DNA from: Isochrysis galbana
Lineage: Eukaryota
Length of the DNA: 8,762 bases
Direction of reading: 5' to 3'
NCBI GenBank assembly: GCA_018136815.1
Contig: CM030936.1
Coordinates: forward strand, 1,430,569 to 1,439,330
The position numbers and the translations under genes are program-made. Shown piece by piece: positions 1-5,817 of the stretch; the first letter of the stretch is position 1; each line of letters starts with the position of its first letter. The notes beneath the pieces are model-generated. The model saw only the letters and a program-made list of their open reading frames with translations. It had not been told where the DNA came from and searched no databases.

Positions 1-1173
1 CCTCTCTTCTCTAGCCGTTCAAACCTTGCAGCCGTAATTGTAGTCATTTGTGGCCCTGTTGCTTTCCACCATCTGCCGGGAAAGAACCTGTTGTGCGCTG
101 CGTGGTGAGCATGATCATGATGGCCACTACAAGGGCGCTTTGGCTTTTGAATTTGCCGAGCACCAAGCCCGGCCAGCCCCAGTCCTTGCGTGCCTTGCAA
201 ATGTATCAAGGCGGCGAGGCAGAAACGGCCTGTGTTTTGCCTTCGTAGAAAAACGGTTAATACGTATTTCCCGTGTAGGGGCCGCTGGTCCTTGGGCCCA
301 TTGCCCATTGTACTTTTAGAAGAATGATGGTAGTCTGTAGAGTAGCGGGTCACTACAGAACATGACATGCAAGGGGTGCCTTCCCTCTACAATCCTCGTG
401 GGCCTGGTGCCTGGTTGCGGCAGCGCATCGTGGAGGTGGCGACTTCCACGTGGATTTGGTCAAGGCCTCCTCGGCTCGCACTAGTTCCTACTGCGGAGGG
501 GGTGCTCGAATGTGCGCACCCTCGCGCCTCGCACCCTCGGACGTGTGCTTGTGCTTGCCGGCCGTGAGTTCCGCTGGCGCTGGCCCGAGGCACGGAGGCA
601 CGGAAGGCTCGCCAACGCCATGCCACAGGTGGCCTTCCCAAAGTGTGGAAATAATAAAACATAACTGAGCATTAGTAATGCATTAGTACCACTACTCTCA
701 CTAGCCCGGTACGAACACGACAGCCCTCAGCGCATCTGCCTGTACGTACACCTTGACGCGTGCTGATGCCTGATGCCACAGACACATACACCTATGCACC
801 CCTTCAAATCTCCCCCCTCGCAGGCCCCCGGCTCCCATTCTAACTCCCTTCTAACTCCCCACAAGTTACAATGAGGGGAAACCCAGTGAGGCGAACCGAG
901 AACCGACCAATGTCGGGCGACTCACAAGGAAAAAGCACCGGGTGGGGGGGGGAGGAACTCTCGTCAACAAAGAAGAACGGCCTTTTCTAGCTCGCGCCGT
1001 GAGCAATCCTCGAGAAATAAATGATTGCGACTCGAGTAACCTGTGCCACTCTTAGAGTGCTCTCCTCGACCTTGAGTCACTCCCTTCTCTCTCCCTCCCG
1101 TCTCCCGTCGCCAATAACCGCCCCCTGCCCGTTTGCTAATGCAAACGGGGCCTGTTTCTCACCGCACTCCATT

Positions 1174-1197
1174 GGGGGGGTGCAACCCCCCCCCCCC
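1174..1197. repeat. G7-TGCAA-C12 inverted homopolymer (potential all-G:C hairpin)
   Basis: attggggggg tgcaa cccccccccccc tctcc. Confidence 0.9.
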
Positions 1198-1419
1198 TCT
1201 CCCTCTCTCCATTCTCCTCCACCTCTCTCCCCGCGGCGCGTCGCCATGCGGCGCGCCATGGCCTGCTCTCAGAGGTCCTTTGGGGGCTCGCAGAGGGCCA
1301 GCAAGGGCAGCTCAGGCTCTTCCTAGTCTAGGGAGAGCAATAGCCCGGGCTCGCCCGTTTCGTCCAGCTATGCCTGTGTTAGCCGGAGGAGGTGCGTAGC
1401 TTCTCCTAGTAGTCTTTTC

Positions 1420-1438
1420 GGGATTCGGGACGAATCCC
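1420..1438. repeat. Perfect 8-bp inverted repeat with 3-nt loop
   Basis: gggattcg gga cgaatccc. Confidence 0.9.
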
Positions 1439-1750
1439 AATTGGTCTTTGGATGTTATGTGCCAGAGTTTTCTTGTTGTCCTAGTTTAATCCTAGTGCTG
1501 AGGGACCGTGCCTCCTCGGCAACGGAGCCCCTCCCCCGCGATGGGGGTGTGCGCGGTTGGTGCATGGCTCGTCCGGTGTATGTGGCTAGGGATGCTAGCC
1601 AACAAGACCTCTTACAAGACTACAATTTCTAACGTTATGTTTCCTGTTTCTGCTTTGACGTCTTGGGTGTCTCGCTATAGACTACCCCTCTTGGACCTCC
1701 CCCCCCCTCCTAGGATGAGATACAATAATGTATCTTCTTTTTCTTATTCT

Positions 1751-1839
1751 GTCTCTCTCCACTCCCCTCTCTCTCTCTCCCTCTCTCTCTCTCTCCCTTC
1801 CTCCCTCCTCTCCCTCCCTCCCTCCCTCCCTCCCTCCCA
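1751..1839 (+). repeat. Pyrimidine-rich low-complexity tract with (CT)n and (TCCC)n
   Basis: gtctctctccactcccctctctctctctccctctctctctctctccc..., ending in seven TCCC units at 1811..1838. Confidence 0.95.
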
Positions 1840-2005
1840 GCCAGTATTGACTGAGAGAGCGAGGAGACGTCGCATCCCCACTACTTGAGGACTCTCTACT
1901 TGAGACTAGGATGCGCTATTCTCCCCCTCCTTTTCTCCTCTTCTTCCTCTGTACCCAGACAGACAGTCGCCTAGCGTTTTCTTTATTCTCTCCCCGTCTC
2001 TCCTC

Positions 2006-2018
2006 TTATTCTCTCTCT

Positions 2019-2065
<47 letters not shown>
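2006..2065 (+). repeat. (CT)n microsatellite
   Basis: Near-perfect CT dinucleotide run, longest block about 2025..2062, ~85 bp upstream of the DUF218 gene ATG. Confidence 0.95.
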
Positions 2066-2148
2066 CGCCTCGCTCCCCTCCCCACCCCTCCCCCACAACT
2101 AGGAGATCTCTTGTCGCACCTTCGGCCGGCCGACGCGAGCGGAGCGAG

Positions 2149-3576
2149 ATGCTCTACCCGTCCGCCGGCGGGCTACCCGGCTCCATGCGCGGTCGGCGGG
2201 GGGTATCGTACGAGTGGGAATCTCCCGAGACCCCCGGCCGGGCCAAGCGTACCCGCCGGCGCGCTCTCCACGCCTGGCTCTCGCAGCCACTCTTCCTCTC
2301 AGGGCTGCTGCTCGGCCTTGGCCTCGCGTGCACACCGCAGCTCCTTTGGCGCTCGCGCGGCTCGAGCGAGGTGGGCGCACCATCGGGCGGGGAACACTCA
2401 CCTCCTCGCATTCCACACGCGTCACCTCCTGTTGCTCCCGATGCTTTCCACGCGATCGTGGTGCCGGCGGGCGGGCAGAGCGAGAGCGGGCCACCGCCAC
2501 ATGTCTCTGCGCGCCTCAAGGAGGCAGCGCGCCTGTACAAGGCTGCGAAGCCGCCCAAGCCATATGTGATCACGACGGCGTGGGGCACGCCCCACAAGCC
2601 CTGCCCGCGCGATGCCGCTGGGTTTGAGCGCCATGAGGCGGCCGACAATGCACTCTTCTTGATAGAGCATGGGGTGCCTCCCGAGGCGATACTGGAAGAG
2701 TCTGCTTCGCTTGAGACGGTGTGTCTGCACGTGTCGGCGAGCTCTTTCCGGCTCACGGACCGGCGCCTTGATTCCTCTATTTCGCACGCATTGCCATCCC
2801 AGGTGGGAAATGCGCTTTTCACACGCCTGCTGCACACGGAGCCGCGCGGACTTCGACGGCTCGCCGTGATCAACAATCGATTCCACATGGTGGGCGTCTT
2901 CGCATCGTGCACGAGCCAAAGGGCGCGAGCGAAATTCCACAGCCATGAAAGCCACTTGCAAGTGCGTTGCCGTGTCAGCCCAATCGTTTACTGATCGCCC
3001 TTTTCCGCCTCTGCGGCAGCCACGGACACGCGCTGTGTTCGACCACGTCTTTCAAGTCCAACCGGCGAGCATTGAGACTTCGCCAGAGGCGGATTACAAG
3101 CTTACGTACTTTGAGGTTCGAGCTCCTTTAGATGCGCCGGTCAATTCCAAAAGAAATGTCGATGCGCCGGTCGATTCCTTTGGATGCACCAGGCTCCTTT
3201 AGATGAGCCAGTTTGGCGCACCTTGGGGCGCCCGCATCGACCTTTCTTGTCTGCCGGAAGAGCATGAGTGGGTGGAAGAGAGGGAGAGGTACACATGCCA
3301 GTTCCACTAGCCTCATCCCTTCATTTTTAACCACCCGCAACCGCTTCATACTTGCTGCAGGTGGACGACCACCTCCCGGCCGACGTGCTTGCGGCGCGGC
3401 TTGCGAAGGAAGCAGTAGCGCTGCCTCGCTTCGCATCCGGGGGGGAGTGGCGCCGGAAAACACGCACGTTGAGCGAGCTGCACGCGTGGACTTGGGGCGA
3501 AAATACTGCCTATGCGTCGAAGCGCTTGCTTGTCGATCGAGCGCCGACCGATCCGGAGCTGCTGAAATCGTACTGA
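2149..3576 (+). CDS. DUF218 domain protein (YdcF/SanA/ElyC-like), four-exon model join(2149..2718,2803..2889,3020..3115,3361..3576), ~322 aa
   Basis: Spliced reading runs: N-terminal basic stretch plus hydrophobic segment (WLSQPLFLSGLLLGLGLACTPQLLW); then AIVVPAGGQSESGPPPHVSARLKEAARLYKAAKPPKPYVITTAWG; then ERHEAADNALFLIEHGVPPEAILEESASLET|VGNALFTRLLHTEPRGLRRLAVINNRFHM|PRTRAVFDHVFQVQPASIETSPEADYKLTYFE|VDDHLPADVLAARLAKEAVALPRFASGG...TLSELHAWTWGENTAYASKRLL...LLKSY*. This order matches the DUF218 family (EA..m..yLi..GVP...I..E..S..T.eNA; vi.N.FHM.RT.AvF). All junctions are phase 0 with GT..AG borders. The start codon is the first ATG of the ORF; an internal ATG at 2185 is possible. Confidence 0.86.
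2719..2802 (+). other. Intron 1 of the DUF218 gene (84 bp)
   Basis: acg|gtgtgtctg ... gccatcccag|gtggga. Removal joins SLET to VGNALF, restoring the conserved SxxT.xNA motif. The retained sequence (VCLHVSASSFRLTDRRLDSSISHALPSQ) interrupts the domain. Confidence 0.85.
2890..3019 (+). other. Intron 2 of the DUF218 gene (130 bp)
   Basis: atg|gtgggcgtc ... cttttccgcctctgcggcag|ccacgg. It joins NNRFHM to PRTRAVFDHVF and switches reading frame between the two ORFs in the track (2149..2994 and 2945..3202). Confidence 0.87.
3116..3360 (+). other. Intron 3 of the DUF218 gene (245 bp)
   Basis: gag|gttcgag ... atacttgctgcag|gtggac. It joins LTYFE to VDDHLPADVLAARLAKE. The acceptor is strong. The donor is non-ideal (GTTCGA), and an in-phase alternative exists at 3140. 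Confidence 0.72.
3131..3190 (+). repeat. 30-bp-period imperfect direct repeat in intron 3 of the DUF218 gene
   Basis: gatgcgccggtcaattcc at 3131 and gatgcgccggtcgattcc at 3161. The flanking gctcctttagatg also occurs twice (3122 and 3193). Confidence 0.8.
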
Positions 3577-3932
3577 GGACAAGACTGCGAGGCGATTCTC
3601 GCGCATTCCGCACACCATGTGTGACAGAGGGACAGTCGTTTTGAATTTGTGCTTGACTAGTACCGATTGTCGGTCGTTGCTTCGCCAAGCACCTCACCCT
3701 AGTCCACGTCTTCACGAGTGTGCCAACGGTCAACGGCCTTGGTAAACGCGGTCGGTTCACACATGAGATATGAATAGCATAACTCCGGCGCTCGTTGCGT
3801 CGCGCATGCGCATGCGCTGCAGAGTGTGTGTTGCCTACTCTGTGCACTTTTGCGCGGTGGACACGTGTCGGATACGTGCAAGTTGGCAATGCACCTGGGT
3901 CGGACCCCTGAAACCGAAGATAAAGGATTGAA

Positions 3933-3960
3933 GGGGGGGGAGGGGGGGGGGAAGGAGGGG
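3933..3960 (+). repeat. Poly-G tract (G8-A-G10-AAGGAGGGG)
   Basis: Read directly: ttgaagggggggg a gggggggggg aaggagggg. Confidence 0.93.
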
Positions 3961-5258
3961 TAGCGAAGGGACGCACGGGCGATGTTGCTGGTAAGGTAGC
4001 GGATACTGGGTCCGTTGTAGGTGTGAGCCCAGAATCTTTACATTTTTTTCGACTATTAGCTTGGCCTCACTCCTCAGGGCTCAAGGGCATCGGGCCATCT
4101 TGTTGCCAAAAAACAAGGAAGGCCTTTTATCGAAAAAAGTCAGTGGGGCGATTGAACGCTTTTCCACCTTTGGGGTGGCCCTCCAAAAAAATACACCGCT
4201 GGGAGCTTATGCTGGCCACTGGTTAGCTGTGTGCTGGGTGGGCTGCAACGTTGCAGTGGAGCGATGCAGATGCATGCAGCATCGCAAGTCGCACGTAGTG
4301 CTGAAGAAATAGTGAAAATGTTGCGCTGGGTGTCCATAGGGCACCTAAAGGTGGGTGTTGAGGGTGCTGGTGCTGGTGTGGGCGGAGTTCGATTTGAGAT
4401 TTGAGAGCAAAGAGTGGTGCGTGATGCAAGTGTCGTGGCTTACGCCCATGTGATCGCGAACCCCAAAGCACAAAGCATAAATTAGCGTAAGCGAGCTGCG
4501 TCTGCGCTGCACGTGCGACTCCATGTCCGTCTCACGAAAGTAGGCGTCGGGCGAATACTGCAGATACATAAGACGCGGAACTTCGACCAACTGGAGGTGC
4601 GACGAGGAAGAGGAAGTCGTGTATGCCGTTGAATAAGACGACGCCATGACGCCATGTGCACATGCATCTTCACCACCTTGGACCGTGGCCCGTGAACCCC
4701 GAAACCCTTGAACTTGAAAGGATGCAGGCCCATCTCGTTTTTCGCATCCACGAGCTGAAGTCGAAAAGACAAGGAACAAGGAAGGACCTCGACTATCTTT
4801 TATGAAGAAAGTCCGGATTAGAGGCGAGGTAATTATCCTCACGAGCCACGAGCTTCATCACATCGCTGCACGAAAAGGATCTCCCGGCCGCGCGAGCCCT
4901 TTGTCACAACGTCACAACGCCGAAGATTTGATCACTACATGCGTGTGGCCCACGTCGACGGCCGCCGCTCCCCCTTCTTCCCCCAACAACCAACAACCAA
5001 CAACCCCGCCGCCGGCTGTCCTAGTAGACCGTCTAGTAGACCGAGCCCGATCAGAATCCGGCGTCTCATCCTGCCCAACAACAACAACCGCAGCGGGCTG
5101 AGTTGCAGGCTGCACAGGGAAACAGTATGACCCCACAAACATGACGAGAAGCCTCTGCGAGATGGATGAGGCACTATGCGAGTCTCTTTTGGCTTCCGGC
5201 GACTTTCGGCGATCGATCCCGGGGACAACGACCGGCCGCGCCGCCTTCCGTGATGATA

Positions 5259-5385
5259 CGAAATCCTCCTCTCTCTTCCTCTCTTTCTCTCTCTCTCTCT
5301 CCCCCCCCCGCCGTCTCCGAAATCCTCCTCTCTCTCTCTCTTCCTCTCTTCCTCTCTCTCTCTCTCTCTCTCCCCCGCCGTCCCC
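5259..5385 (+). repeat. Tandem duplication of a compound pyrimidine unit (59 and ~67 bp)
   Basis: Both copies start cgaaatcctcctctct and end cccccgccgtc(t/c)c. They contain different lengths of (CT)n and C-run: 5259..5317 and 5318..~5384. Confidence 0.85.
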
Positions 5386-5398
5386 GCACTTCTGGAAT

Positions 5399-5417
5399 CC
5401 CCCCCCCCCCCCCCCCC
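5399..5417 (+). repeat. C19 homopolymer
   Basis: tggaat followed by 19 consecutive C bases. Confidence 0.95.
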
Positions 5418-5817
5418 TCCCTCGACGCCCATCTCTTCTCACCTTCTCTGACTTCTTTCTCTCTTTCCCCTTGATCTCTCTCTCCCGCTCGCCGCCACCA
5501 TCTCTCTTTCTCTCCCTCCTCTCTATCCTCCCCCCCTTAGCCTCATCCCGCCGTCTCTCTCTCTCTCTCCACATATCTGAATCCCCTCCACTCGCTCTCT
5601 CACAATCACCCCGCCTCGGATGATCCTTCCTCTTCGCTTCCTTCCGCATATATTCTCTCCATCCTCCTCCCATACTCTAGTACCAGAGTGCCTGAGGATC
5701 CCACCTCCGAATACGAGGAAAAGACCGACCATTTACGTGACGACCTCCGGGCGACCTACCGTGCCATCCTCGCCTCTCTCGCCTTCATCCAGTACCCACA
5801 AGATCGTCCGCCTCACG

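Noticed and set aside
48-672. Several short ORFs at the left edge (for example HYKGALAFEFAEHQARPAPVLACLANVS) that could be a terminal exon of a truncated gene, followed by aataaaa at ~650
   Set aside because: I could find neither a recognisable domain nor a convincing splice chain, and the AATAAA-like string alone is weak evidence.
1021-1399. Two overlapping plus-strand ORFs (101 and 88 aa)
   Set aside because: They are driven by CT/C low-complexity sequence, with no recognisable protein features.
2099-2500. 133-aa minus-strand Arg/Ala-rich ORF
   Set aside because: Shadow ORF opposite DUF218 exon 1, with no motif.
2154-2912. 252-aa minus-strand ORF
   Set aside because: It is antisense to the DUF218 exon 1/2 region, and its composition mirrors the sense codons. 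Read as a shadow ORF.
3128-3976. 282-aa minus-strand ORF
   Set aside because: It overlaps the homology-supported last exon of the DUF218 gene on the opposite strand and has no recognisable motif. It looks like a GC-rich shadow ORF.
4345-4842. 165-aa minus-strand ORF
   Set aside because: No hydrophobic core, domain motif or repeat structure supports it, and the plus strand is equally uninformative. Not called.
5259-5560. CRISPR-like or mobile-element terminal repeats
   Set aside because: The repeats are simple microsatellites or tandem duplications without unique spacers, target-site duplications or transposase sequence.
4912-5673. 253-aa minus-strand ORF (rich in RERERE/GGG)
   Set aside because: The protein is essentially the translation of the reverse complement of CT and C repeats. 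It shows no domain-like composition and depends on low-complexity sequence.
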